From a virus, in IMG/VR virus record IMGVR_UViG_3300040801_005525, positions 1 to 64,000 of that record: a DNA stretch of 64,000 nucleotides. The stretch is one strand, 5' to 3'. The translations under genes were made by a program, and so were the position numbers. Each line of letters begins with the position of its first letter. Within the stretch, counting starts at the first letter, position 1. Positions 1 to 9,075 of the stretch are shown in pieces. The notes below the pieces were generated by a model. The model was not told the DNA's origin. It made no database searches and worked only from the letters and a program-made list of their open reading frames with translations.

Positions 1-225
1 CTCGGTCTGGACAGGCTCGATCGGCGCATCCTCGATCAAGGCCTGGGTGAGCCCGAGCCCGCTTCGCTCCTGGAGGCCCAGGTAGAAGGAGGCATGGCCC
101 TGGCTGTCGAGGTCGACGACGAGGAGGCGCTGGTCAGGCCAGATGTCTGCGAGGCCCACGGCGACGTGCACGGCGGTCGTGGTCTTCCCCACGCCCCCTT
201 TCTCTGCTGCGACGGCGATGATCAT
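1..225 (-). CDS. parA: ParA/Soj-family partition ATPase (3' part outside window)
   Basis: Manual translation from ATG 225: MIIAVAAEKGGVGKTTTAVHVAVGLADIWPDQRLLVVDLDSQGHAS. Deviant Walker A KGGVGKTT and the DLDxQG motif. Not in the ORF track because it is truncated. Confidence 0.9.
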   Translation of the reverse strand, partial: MIIAVAAEKGGVGKTTTAVHVAVGLADIWPDQRLLVVDLDSQGHASFYLGLQERSGLGLTQALIEDAPIEPVQTE

Positions 226-232
226 GGTTCAC

Positions 233-835
233 TTATCCTTGTGGTGAAAGGTCTCGGAAGACGAAGAAGGGAAGGAGCACTCCTGCCGCGGTGACGAGCG
301 CCCCTGACACGACGATCGAGGGCTCCTTGAGCTTGATTCCTGTGGCGACGAGCCCACCTCCCATGCTGCCTGCAACAAGACCTGTGGCCATGGATACGGG
401 GCGCGCATCCTTGTTGTCCCCCACCGCCAGGGCACCACCGAGTAGACCGAGTGCGGCGAGCCCGAAGACCGCGCCGGCCGTCTCGCTCGAGCTCGAAGAC
501 TCCTCCTCTTCAAACTTTGGGGCCTGATTCTGGCGCAACCCTGCGACCTCGGCCTCGAGGCTTGCGATACGCCCCGTCATCACGACGAGCTCTGGAGTAG
601 GAGGTGCGGCGGCCTCGCCCACCTGGCTGACCTCGGGCTCGATGGGGGCGGATGGTCGCTCGCTGATGGCCTTCGAGATCGTGCGCGCGTTCGCAGTGAT
701 CATGTAGGCGAGCGGCACGGCCTCCTTCTGCGTGATACGCTCACGCGCAGATTGGGCCCACGCTGGGGAGCTCGTGCACACGGTGATGAGCATCGCCATG
801 CAGAGCGCGCGTCTCAGTGTGGTCAGTAGTTGCAT
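233..835 (-). CDS. Hypothetical exported/membrane protein
   Basis: N-terminal signal peptide ending AWA-Q, short coiled coil, glycine-rich hydrophobic C-terminal helices. Confidence 0.7.
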   Translation of the reverse strand: MQLLTTLRRALCMAMLITVCTSSPAWAQSARERITQKEAVPLAYMITANARTISKAISERPSAPIEPEVSQVGEAAAPPTPELVVMTGRIASLEAEVAGLRQNQAPKFEEEESSSSSETAGAVFGLAALGLLGGALAVGDNKDARPVSMATGLVAGSMGGGLVATGIKLKEPSIVVSGALVTAAGVLLPFFVFRDLSPQG

Positions 836-1392
836 GATCCCATCCTCTTTTGCGTCACGTCCATGGTGCGCAGCTCACGCGCTGAGTCATTGCCACACAG
901 GCGCCCCTCGTCCATCCCGGTCATCTTGCCCCCCACGAACTCACCAATGTAGTGCGCGCATGCGGTATCATGGTCCCAGATCAAAAACTCGATGCCGCCC
1001 TTTTTGCAGGCATAGAAGGGTGCCCCCATGGCCTTGATCGCGCTCTCCTTCGAGATGCCCACGAACATCGCCATGCGAGGATCGGGACGCGAGGCGAGCT
1101 CTCCGTCTCTCTTGTGTTTCTCGCGCAGCATCGTGTTCGTGTGTTCAAGCTTCTGCGCGTCGAGCTCGCGTTGAAACGCGAGCCCTTTGCGAGCGTGTTC
1201 GGCGCGTTCATTGAGCGCCGCCGCGCGCCTTGCTCCTGCCCCATCATCTCTTTTGGCCATGGCCAACGCGAGAGGCACCATGAGCAGCCCGACAAGACCA
1301 AGCGCCCCAAACACATACAGGGTGATGCGCTGGTTCTTCTTCTTGCGGCCCTCGGGGGAGAGTTGGCCGTGCATATAGGGTTCATGTGACAT
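823..1392 (-). CDS. Hypothetical single-pass membrane protein
   Basis: Basic stretch RKKK followed by a TM helix (ITLYVFGALGLVGLLMVPLALAMA). Start codon uncertain. Confidence 0.65.
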   Translation of the reverse strand: MSHEPYMHGQLSPEGRKKKNQRITLYVFGALGLVGLLMVPLALAMAKRDDGAGARRAAALNERAEHARKGLAFQRELDAQKLEHTNTMLREKHKRDGELASRPDPRMAMFVGISKESAIKAMGAPFYACKKGGIEFLIWDHDTACAHYIGEFVGGKMTGMDEGRLCGNDSARELRTMDVTQKRMGSCNY

Positions 1393-1474
1393 GAGACAAA
1401 GGTGTCCTGCACAACCAGAGCTTGTTGCCTTGAGCAAGCCCTCGCGTTAAAATAATCAAAGTGTAATGAAGAGG

Positions 1475-1723
1475 TTAGGAGTTTGCGACGCGCTCGGAGA
1501 TGTGCTGACCGTTTCGATACCACTCGAGCAGGGTCTCAGGCGTCAAGTTCAGCTTCTCGATGAACTCGAGCACAGTCTGCTCTGGCGCATATCCCGAACG
1601 CTCCATGTTCGAAATGCTGACCCGGGAGCACCCCACGCGCTTGCTGAAGGCGTCCTGGTTCAAACCCAGGAAACCTCGCAGGGCGATGAGCGCCTGAATC
1701 AACTCTCTGTTTGTGTCACTCAT
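1475..1723 (-). CDS. XRE/Cro-CI family HTH repressor
   Basis: LRGFLGLNQDAFSKRVGCSRVSISNMERS fits the HTH_3 pattern. Divergent from the long early operon. Confidence 0.85.
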   Translation of the reverse strand: MSDTNRELIQALIALRGFLGLNQDAFSKRVGCSRVSISNMERSGYAPEQTVLEFIEKLNLTPETLLEWYRNGQHISERVANS

Positions 1724-1960
1724 GCTCTTCCTTGATGAACCGACATGGCTCTCGTGTACGTGGGATGAATAGTAAAATCGTCACGACAAAATGACAACAC
1801 ACTCTGTCAAAACAAGCTGTTTTCACAATATTACGACACCATAGGTCTGAACGCATGTTCAATCGATCCATACATTCGATCGTCATGAGATCGATCATAG
1901 GGATCCAGTGATGCGATCGTCAATTCAAAGTGTTAAATCATATTGTTTTTACAAAATGTA

Positions 1961-1988
1961 TTGACAGGATGTGGAAGGGCTCTAGAAT
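1961..1988 (+). promoter_or_regulatory. Sigma70-type early promoter
   Basis: TTGACA (1961-1966), 16-bp spacer, TAGAAT (1983-1988), with an AT-rich UP-like tract upstream, about 100 bp before the first rightward gene. Confidence 0.75.
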
Positions 1989-2088
1989 TTGAAGAGTCGA
2001 AGCAAGACACCACCTCTGTATCGATTCCCCACAAGATCACTCTGAAGCTCACGACGAGCCTCCTCACCCACCGGCCGGAGAAGAAGCC

Positions 2089-2541
2089 ATGCACACCCAA
2101 CTCTCAGAAGCGTACGTCTTTCACATCAACTGTCTGCGCAACATGCACTCCACCCATCCTCGCTTCAGGGAGCGCCTCCTGTCTGGCGCGCTCGGGAGCG
2201 TCATGGCGCTCGAGCACAGCGAGCAGCAGCGCGACATCGACGACCTGATCATGACCTGCCTGCTCGCCGTGGACGCCTACCAGGAGCTCGCCGATGACGT
2301 GAGCGCGATGAAGGCCGAGTGCCGAAAGCGCATGAGAGGCAACGAGGTCGTGGACATCAATCGGGCAGGGCGCGAGCTGGCCGCGTTCGATGAGCAGCTC
2401 ACGCTCGTGCTCACCCAGCGCGACAGGGTGCACGAGCTCTTCAGGAAGCTTGAGGAGATCATCAGGCGTACCCAACCCTCACTCCCTGGCATGACCGTCC
2501 AGGGTGGCCAGTTCGTCGAGCTCTCCCCGCGCCCGGCCTGA
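2089..2541 (+). CDS. Hypothetical protein (helical)
   Basis: GGAG upstream, first ORF after the promoter, genome-typical codon usage. Confidence 0.75.
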   Translation: MHTQLSEAYVFHINCLRNMHSTHPRFRERLLSGALGSVMALEHSEQQRDIDDLIMTCLLAVDAYQELADDVSAMKAECRKRMRGNEVVDINRAGRELAAFDEQLTLVLTQRDRVHELFRKLEEIIRRTQPSLPGMTVQGGQFVELSPRPA

Positions 2542-2594
2542 TTGCTTCTTCCCAGGACGTTCTCCCATCCCCCCTTACTCGAGGACACCACACC

Positions 2595-3041
2595 ATGACC
2601 AAGCACTTGACCGCCCTGCACACGCACTTCCACGTGTTCGCCGAGGACGACCTCGACCTGGTCGATGAGGTCTCCCCGCTCGAGCTTGGCGAGGTGCTCG
2701 CCCGACTCGCCACACAGGACACCCCGCTCACCCCTGAGCAGTCCGCACACCTTCGCGCCCAGGTGCCGCGTGAACTCGGTGAGGCCCATGACAGGGACTC
2801 GAGAGCCTGCATCTGGCGCATGGACGTGCAGGACGCCCACGGCAACCCCGCACACCTCACGATCCGCATCCCGCACGAGCAGGGCGCGCCAGTGACGCTC
2901 GGGTTCGTGCCGCCCGGGGAGGGCACATGGATCGACGAGCGCTTTAGCCAGGAGGTGCCGGGTGTGCTCGAGCCCACACGCGCCCATGACCCGACAGGCG
3001 GCAAGGCCATCGCCGCCAAACTCCTCGCTCAGCTCAAATAA
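2595..3041 (+). CDS. Hypothetical protein
   Basis: GAGGA RBS, typical codon usage. Confidence 0.75.
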   Translation: MTKHLTALHTHFHVFAEDDLDLVDEVSPLELGEVLARLATQDTPLTPEQSAHLRAQVPRELGEAHDRDSRACIWRMDVQDAHGNPAHLTIRIPHEQGAPVTLGFVPPGEGTWIDERFSQEVPGVLEPTRAHDPTGGKAIAAKLLAQLK

Positions 3042-3070
3042 ACTCTCCCTCTCCACACAGGACACTTCTC

Positions 3071-3394
3071 ATGCGCACACCACAAAGCCCAAGCTGTACG
3101 CCGTGCTCGTCATCCCTCTGCATCGACGACTTGAAGGCGGGTCGCATCACGCTCGAGGAGGGCGCGCTCATCAGCGAGGTGGGGCGCACGCCCTTCGATG
3201 ACCAGGACGTGGTGCAGTGGGGGGTGGGGAGGGTCTCTTCTTTGATCCTCGAAGGGGAGGACTACTCGGAGGATGGGAGCCCGTGCGTGGTGATCGTCGT
3301 GCACGTGACGCAGAGCGATTCCCCTGAGGATACGAGGTATTGGCTCTTCCCTACAGGTACACACGTTCACCTCATTAATAATTCGGGTTTTTGA
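3071..3394 (+). CDS. Hypothetical protein
   Basis: AGGA RBS, fits operon tiling. Confidence 0.65.
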   Translation: MRTPQSPSCTPCSSSLCIDDLKAGRITLEEGALISEVGRTPFDDQDVVQWGVGRVSSLILEGEDYSEDGSPCVVIVVHVTQSDSPEDTRYWLFPTGTHVHLINNSGF

Positions 3395-3404
3395 GCAAAT
3401 CAGC

Positions 3405-3701
3405 TTGACCCCGGATCCCCACCATGATCGAATGGATAAGGTCACCCAGATGACTCTGACGCCCTACACCAAGCGCACCCTCCGCCACGGTCACCTCGTG
3501 AGCACCGTGCAGCTCTCGCCCCGACGTTTCGAGACGCAGGTCTTTGCGCTCATCGACGGGGAGCCCGACTTCACGCACGTGTGCGAGGAGTGTGTGGGGC
3601 TCACGTTGACCGAGGCGCGACACCAACACGGCACGATCCTCTACCGCCTGAGGCGCGCACACGAGCAGGGCATCGCCCCCTATGGAGACAAGGCAGCATG
3701 A
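3405..3701 (+). CDS. Hypothetical protein (start uncertain)
   Basis: Stop overlaps next ATG (ATGA). Confidence 0.6.
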   Translation: MTPDPHHDRMDKVTQMTLTPYTKRTLRHGHLVSTVQLSPRRFETQVFALIDGEPDFTHVCEECVGLTLTEARHQHGTILYRLRRAHEQGIAPYGDKAA

Positions 3702-4267
3702 CGACGCTCTACACACACGAAGATCGCGACGGCGATGAGGTCGAGCTCGAGCTTGATATGGGAGAGCTCTTCCTCCATGTGAACAGCAAGAGTGATGAAT
3801 TCACCACATCCGCCTTGATCGAGGATGAGGCACAAGCCCGTGGGCTCGCCAGCGCGCTCGGCGCCCACTTTGGCTACGAGGTGCTCTTTCGCCCCGTGAC
3901 GCACGACCCTGTGACCTTCACAGGAGAGGGAGACTCGATGCTCGTCTTCGAGCTGCTCGAGTCAGAGCACACCTTTGTGCTGTTGATTCGCGGGACTGGA
4001 AACACCTCCGGGCTCGATGCGCGTGCCGCGCACATGCTCAAGGGCTTCATCACCCACGTGTCATCTGGGCAGGTGTTCTCCCGCTTTGGCGTCATGCTCG
4101 ATGGGTTCGGTGGCACGAGCCTGCTCGAGCTCGAGGTGGATCACACGCACGTGACCCTGAAGCTTGGTGGCTCGAAGCCCGTCCAGGCGCACGTCTCTGA
4201 GCTCGACGAGCTCATCCCGCTCATCGAGCGCGGCCTGTTCGACCTCGCACACAAAGAAGAAAAATAG
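3698..4267 (+). CDS. Hypothetical protein
   Basis: ATG 3698 coupled to upstream stop. Begins MTTLYTHEDRDG. Confidence 0.7.
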   Translation: MTTLYTHEDRDGDEVELELDMGELFLHVNSKSDEFTTSALIEDEAQARGLASALGAHFGYEVLFRPVTHDPVTFTGEGDSMLVFELLESEHTFVLLIRGTGNTSGLDARAAHMLKGFITHVSSGQVFSRFGVMLDGFGGTSLLELEVDHTHVTLKLGGSKPVQAHVSELDELIPLIERGLFDLAHKEEK

Positions 4268-4308
4268 ACCCCCACCCCCCTCTGCACTCACCTGACGAGT
4301 TTGTCACC

Positions 4309-4872
4309 ATGGCCCGCTCACGCGATGACCTGAACCCCGCTGCACGACGCGCGCTCAAAGACCACCCTGGCTTGTTCGAGGGCGTGCTCCTCGGAGAGAG
4401 CCTCGACTCGATCGCGCGCCAGTACGACCTCGACGCGAGGATCACCTTGCGCGCCTACTTGCTCTACCGCGAGCAGCTCGTCGAGGAAGAACGCGCGAGG
4501 CTCGCCCTGGCGCTCATGCCCGAGACCGAAGAACAGGCCGCCGAGCGCCTCGCCCTGTTCAAGGGGCAGGGTGTGGCGCCGCAGCGCATGATGGATGAGA
4601 GGCGCCATCGCGAGCTCGAGGCGCGCCTTGGCGATGAAGCAGGTGAGAGACCCTGGGAGAGGTGGATGAGCCGACTCGCGCTCAGCACCATGCTCGAGAT
4701 CACCGCAGGGCAGCTCAATTATCGTTTCGCCAACTGGCCGCACTACCACAAGAGGCCCGCCACCCCCGAGGAGATGGAGGAGCACGGCGATGCGCTCGTG
4801 TGCCGCGTGATAGGGGGAGAGCCTCACAGTGCCAAATCGTACCAGAGACAACCCGTGCCACGACGCACATGA
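4309..4872 (+). CDS. Hypothetical protein, possible HTH DNA-binding
   Basis: Segments ESLDSIARQYDL and SRLALSTMLEITAGQLNYR look HTH-like. Confidence 0.6.
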   Translation: MARSRDDLNPAARRALKDHPGLFEGVLLGESLDSIARQYDLDARITLRAYLLYREQLVEEERARLALALMPETEEQAAERLALFKGQGVAPQRMMDERRHRELEARLGDEAGERPWERWMSRLALSTMLEITAGQLNYRFANWPHYHKRPATPEEMEEHGDALVCRVIGGEPHSAKSYQRQPVPRRT

Positions 4873-4886
4873 CAAGGAGGTCATTC

Positions 4887-5147
4887 ATGCTCACGCTCAC
4901 ACGAAAATCAGGCGAGGTCATCGTCATCACGCTCGAGGACGGGCGCCAGATCGAGGTGGTCGTCAAGGAGATCCGAAGAAACCAGGTCAGGCTCGGCATC
5001 GAAGCGCCACGCTCCTGCATGATCCACAGAGAGGAGCAGCTCGCCGAAGAGCCCGCTCCCCTCGAGCCTGTCCAAGTCGAGGAGCTCGACGAGCAAGAAG
5101 AGCTCCCCTACGAGCCATGCCGCGTGCTCTCGAGGGGGCGCCGATGA
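4887..5147 (+). CDS. csrA: Carbon storage regulator CsrA/RsmA-family RNA-binding protein
   Basis: MLTLTRKSGEVIVI...IEVVVKEIRRNQVRLGIEAPRSCMIHREE is the CsrA signature. AAGGAGG RBS, acidic tail. Confidence 0.92.
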   Translation: MLTLTRKSGEVIVITLEDGRQIEVVVKEIRRNQVRLGIEAPRSCMIHREEQLAEEPAPLEPVQVEELDEQEELPYEPCRVLSRGRR

Positions 5148-5256
5148 GTGCCGAACACTGTGCGCTGCGCGCCGCCAATGAGGTGTTCGAGCCGAGCTGG
5201 ACCGAGCGCCTGATGGCGCTGTGGCGACGCCTTTGTCGCAAGGAGGATGTGCTGTG

Positions 5257-5919
5257 ATGAGCTGTGATCTGACTCGACTCGACGACTATCACCACCTGGT
5301 CGTGCTCCCGGAGCGCCAGGGCGTGGTCATGATGCACTCCTCTCGCGAGCCTGACATTCTGGTGTGCTGCCATGAAGACGACCTTATCAGGGTGACCTCT
5401 CAGGTTGCATCGGGAGGTGTCGTGCTCGAGGGCGAGTCGTCAGACTTCATCGCCCGCATCAAGGCAGCTGGTGAGCTTGGCCGCCACAGCAGGAAGGGCG
5501 AGGCGAGCTACGAGGCTGCCGTCTCATGGAACAAGGCGCCCGCGCTGTGCTGGGACAGCGTGGAGACCGGCGATGACCTGAAGATGATGGCGCGTCAGGC
5601 TCGAGAAGAGCTCTGTCATGAGCGCCGCAAGCCCGAACGCTTGAGAAACCTCGAGAGAGAGGAAGAGCTCAGGATCGACGCGCTCCACTGCCTTCAGCTC
5701 GCCGAGGAGTTCAACAGGAATGAGCCCTGGGACGAGCAGGAGTTCTTCTTCGACCGGGTCAAGCACCTGTATGGCGTCGAGGAGCTGCCCGAGCGCTTTG
5801 CCGAGGTGGGGGTCCATCGCACCGAGCATTGCACCTGGATCCTCAGGGTGCTCCAGCGCACAGCTCACCTGATCAAGCTCCATGAGCACTACCAGCAACG
5901 AGCGACTCGCTATGCATGA
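5257..5919 (+). CDS. Hypothetical protein
   Basis: AAGGAGG upstream, coupled ORF. Confidence 0.7.
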   Translation: MSCDLTRLDDYHHLVVLPERQGVVMMHSSREPDILVCCHEDDLIRVTSQVASGGVVLEGESSDFIARIKAAGELGRHSRKGEASYEAAVSWNKAPALCWDSVETGDDLKMMARQAREELCHERRKPERLRNLEREEELRIDALHCLQLAEEFNRNEPWDEQEFFFDRVKHLYGVEELPERFAEVGVHRTEHCTWILRVLQRTAHLIKLHEHYQQRATRYA

Positions 5920-6124
5920 CACCGCACGACTTGTGCAGATCCGCCTGCGCCATGATGAGCTCGCGCTCACCTTGAAGCGTCTCGCTGACCGATACGGGTG
6001 CCGCCCGAGCAGGACACAGCGCGTCTTCGATGAGGTGTGGAGCTGGGGGCGCCAGGCGCACGAGGACTACACACAGAGCGCGCAGCATGCGCACGAACTT
6101 GGAGACGAAGACACATGGGAATGA
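5912..6124 (+). CDS. Hypothetical protein
   Basis: Overlapping start/stop tiling. Confidence 0.55.
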   Translation: MHDTARLVQIRLRHDELALTLKRLADRYGCRPSRTQRVFDEVWSWGRQAHEDYTQSAQHAHELGDEDTWE

Positions 6125-6330
6125 GGATCATCTACCATGACGTGCCTGGCCCTGAGGCCTTCGAGGAGATGCACGAGGTGCTCGACACCATGCACACGCG
6201 CTACCCCAGGGAGCGCCGCAGGCCTGGATTCGCGGGTGCGGTGGCGTTCGCGGGAGGGACGTGGAAGTGGCTTGCTTACTACACGAAGACGGCGCTGGTG
6301 ATCCGGTGTGAGGGGGAGGTGCAGACGTGA
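6121..6330 (+). CDS. Hypothetical protein
   Basis: ATGA overlap with upstream stop. Confidence 0.6.
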   Translation: MRIIYHDVPGPEAFEEMHEVLDTMHTRYPRERRRPGFAGAVAFAGGTWKWLAYYTKTALVIRCEGEVQT

Positions 6331-6530
6331 GACGCGCGATCCTCCTCTTCGCCCTGTGTGCCCTCCTCGGGACGGCCATGCTCCTCGTGGGCTGGCTCGT
6401 GACCGTGCCGGACCCTTTTGACCCTGCCCAGATGAAGCGTGAGTGGTTCCTGATGGGGGCTGCGATGTGGGGGATGGGGGGATTTCATCTTTTGACTGAA
6501 TGGATTCTGGAGAAAACCCATGTCGAGTGA
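6327..6530 (+). CDS. Small two-TM membrane protein
   Basis: GTGA overlap, GGAGG RBS, two hydrophobic helices. Confidence 0.6.
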   Translation: MRRAILLFALCALLGTAMLLVGWLVTVPDPFDPAQMKREWFLMGAAMWGMGGFHLLTEWILEKTHVE

Positions 6531-7593
6531 ACAACAAAAACGCGTCGCGTCCGCACAATCCATCGCCACACGCCTGACGTTCGTGTCCTATGACGCCATC
6601 GCCGGTGTCATCACGCTGAGCAACCAGGGCTGCCCTGTCTGGGTAGGCGCGCTCCCTGGCGGGATGGTGGGGGTGTGGGGAGACTATGGCACCGCGATGT
6701 TCCGCATGCACAGCTTGACCCACCCTCTCACCGCCCTGAAGTGGGGCGCCACCATGGGAGAGGGCTACCTCGAGGAGAAGTACCGGATCGGGATGGGCGA
6801 GGCCTCTGATGAGTTCCACATCGACACGGCGTTCGAGGAGCTCGAGGAGTTCGTCAGGGATTGCTGCCACGAGGAGATGGAGGAGATGCTCGAGCAGGGC
6901 GGTGAGCTGCCTCGCTACATCCAGCGCATCAACGAGGTGCGTGAAGAGTTTGACTCGGAGACCACGCAAGGCGAGTTCATCAGCAAGCTCGGTGAGCACT
7001 ACGATCCCGAAGCGTTCTATTGCATGGGCGAGGTGACACGTCAGCGCGTGCTCAATGCGGGTGTCATCATGCGCCGTGCCTGGGAGCTTCTGCTCGCGCA
7101 CGAACCCACCGTGCAGCCGTCAGAGAGTGTCGTGCGTTTTGGCATGGCCCACGACGACGGCCACCCGATCGATGGGTGGCACGCCCACGAGCATGTGGAC
7201 GACGCCATCGAGGAGTTCCTCGAGTGGTGTGAGCAGGGCCATGTGGAGGAGGAACGCATCAAGGCGCGCATCTACGTGTGCAGGATGGAGCGCCTGAGTG
7301 AGATCGATTTCGAGCGCGGATGGAAGAGCTCCATCGAAGACCTCGATGCGGATCCTGAATCATCATGGAGCGAGGCTGACGTCACGTTCAACGCACACAC
7401 CAGGGCGCAGCTCGAGGCCCATCTCGAGACGTTCTCGAAGAGCGTCCACACGAACCTGTTCTTTCCCTCTTCGCGCTACATGACCATCGAAGTCGAACGC
7501 CAGGGCGAGGAGGAGTTCAAGGTGCACACGCCGCTCGAGATTCATCAGTGGGAAGTCTGGGAGAACGGGAGGGCGAAGCGTCATGAGTGGTAA
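6520..7593 (+). CDS. Hypothetical acidic protein
   Basis: 357-aa ORF, GGAG RBS, typical codon usage. Confidence 0.8.
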   Translation: MSSEQQKRVASAQSIATRLTFVSYDAIAGVITLSNQGCPVWVGALPGGMVGVWGDYGTAMFRMHSLTHPLTALKWGATMGEGYLEEKYRIGMGEASDEFHIDTAFEELEEFVRDCCHEEMEEMLEQGGELPRYIQRINEVREEFDSETTQGEFISKLGEHYDPEAFYCMGEVTRQRVLNAGVIMRRAWELLLAHEPTVQPSESVVRFGMAHDDGHPIDGWHAHEHVDDAIEEFLEWCEQGHVEEERIKARIYVCRMERLSEIDFERGWKSSIEDLDADPESSWSEADVTFNAHTRAQLEAHLETFSKSVHTNLFFPSSRYMTIEVERQGEEEFKVHTPLEIHQWEVWENGRAKRHEW

Positions 7594-8221
7594 GAAGAAG
7601 ATCGAATACACAGTCGAGAGCGTGATCTCGCAGGAGTTTCTGCCGCTTGGTTTCAAGGTGCTCTCGGAGCTCGTGAAGCCTGGTGGACAGGGCGTGTGCA
7701 GAGGATGGCACACCCTAAGAGGTCCATACACGCCCGAGGTGTACTCAGAGATGGTCGCGCACTTCAAGCGCTTCGGGTGGGAGGTCGTTCATGAGAGCAA
7801 GGGCGAACAGATCGTGGCGCTCATCAGACGTGAGAGTCTGTTCCACATCATGATCGGTCCCGAGGGCGATGGGTTGGCCGCCGAGCTCGAGGTGTATGAC
7901 ACCTGTGCAGGGTTTGCGGCGATGCTCGCCGTCACGCACGGAATCGAACCTGTCTTCTGTGAGCCTCCCAGCACCATCGTTCACATCCAGGACACCCTCG
8001 AGACGCTCGGGGAGCTCGCCGCGCGCTACCCCACAGAGCGTTTCGGACAGCTGCTCCTGAACGCCCTGCGCAGCCACGCTAGGCCGTTCCCGTTCAATGA
8101 CACGGATGCCTACGAGCGCAACATCAAGCTCTTCTCGCGGCTCTTCACGATGGGGGACAGGGAGATGCTCGACGCGATCCAGGGACGCCTCGAGGCACAT
8201 CCTGATGGGGGCGCGTCATGA
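7583..8221 (+). CDS. Hypothetical protein
   Basis: Coupled ORF, GGGAGG upstream. Confidence 0.75.
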   Translation: MSGKKKIEYTVESVISQEFLPLGFKVLSELVKPGGQGVCRGWHTLRGPYTPEVYSEMVAHFKRFGWEVVHESKGEQIVALIRRESLFHIMIGPEGDGLAAELEVYDTCAGFAAMLAVTHGIEPVFCEPPSTIVHIQDTLETLGELAARYPTERFGQLLLNALRSHARPFPFNDTDAYERNIKLFSRLFTMGDREMLDAIQGRLEAHPDGGAS

Positions 8222-9075
8222 ACTTCGACAGCGGACGATATGCCGAGGTGCGCGCGCTGTGCACCACACGTCAAGGGGCGCACTGGTGGGAGGCGGCATG
8301 GATGCACGCGCGACGCATCGAGGAGCCCGAGCAGCGCGCGCTCGCTACAGAGCACGTACAGGGTACGTTCGGTGAACACCTTGCTCAAGTGCAGGAGACA
8401 GGCGCGCCACGTCATCATGGCCAGCTCAGGGCCTATCACTTCACTCCGGAGCACTTTGTACAAGCTCAGATGATCTTCAAGGTGATGACCAGGCACCTGC
8501 GTGACTACGCCTTTTACATGCAGGCCGCAGCGAAAATGGGGCTCGGTGACAAGCTTCTCATCGAGTCGCGTGGAGAGGATACCGCACGCACCACCACACG
8601 CATCAACTCCACGCGTACACTTGACCTCCGGGGGAAAGGCACGCCGCGCTACCATGATCTTCACATCCCGCTCATCTTCAAGGTGCCGAGCGTGGTGTGC
8701 TTTCTGGGCACTGTGAACAACCTGTTCGCCTTCGACCTCCACCCCGACCACATCCATGTCTGGGCCAACCCCTACAGCTACCACACAGCTCATCTCGCTC
8801 AGGAGTTCGAGAGGCGTGAAGGGTTCAAGGTCAGTTGCCTGTCCGAGCATGAAGGTGCTGAATTGCCCATGCCTGCTGTGAAGTACGGGACTGATCTCGA
8901 GCGACACGCCAAGTGGTCCTCGTCCAAGTGCATGCTTACCGAGCGTCAGATCCTCGAGCGTGCATGGCTGCTCCACGAGCGTCATGATCACCTTTGGCCC
9001 GAGGAGCTCGTGAAGCGCGTGCTCGAGATGAGCTACCTCGATGATGAGCGCTTCGAGAAGTGGGTGGGACAATGA
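8218..9075 (+). CDS. Hypothetical protein with N-terminal YAEVRA motif
   Basis: ATGA overlap. Member of the shared N-terminal motif family (see findings). Confidence 0.75.
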   Translation: MNFDSGRYAEVRALCTTRQGAHWWEAAWMHARRIEEPEQRALATEHVQGTFGEHLAQVQETGAPRHHGQLRAYHFTPEHFVQAQMIFKVMTRHLRDYAFYMQAAAKMGLGDKLLIESRGEDTARTTTRINSTRTLDLRGKGTPRYHDLHIPLIFKVPSVVCFLGTVNNLFAFDLHPDHIHVWANPYSYHTAHLAQEFERREGFKVSCLSEHEGAELPMPAVKYGTDLERHAKWSSSKCMLTERQILERAWLLHERHDHLWPEELVKRVLEMSYLDDERFEKWVGQ

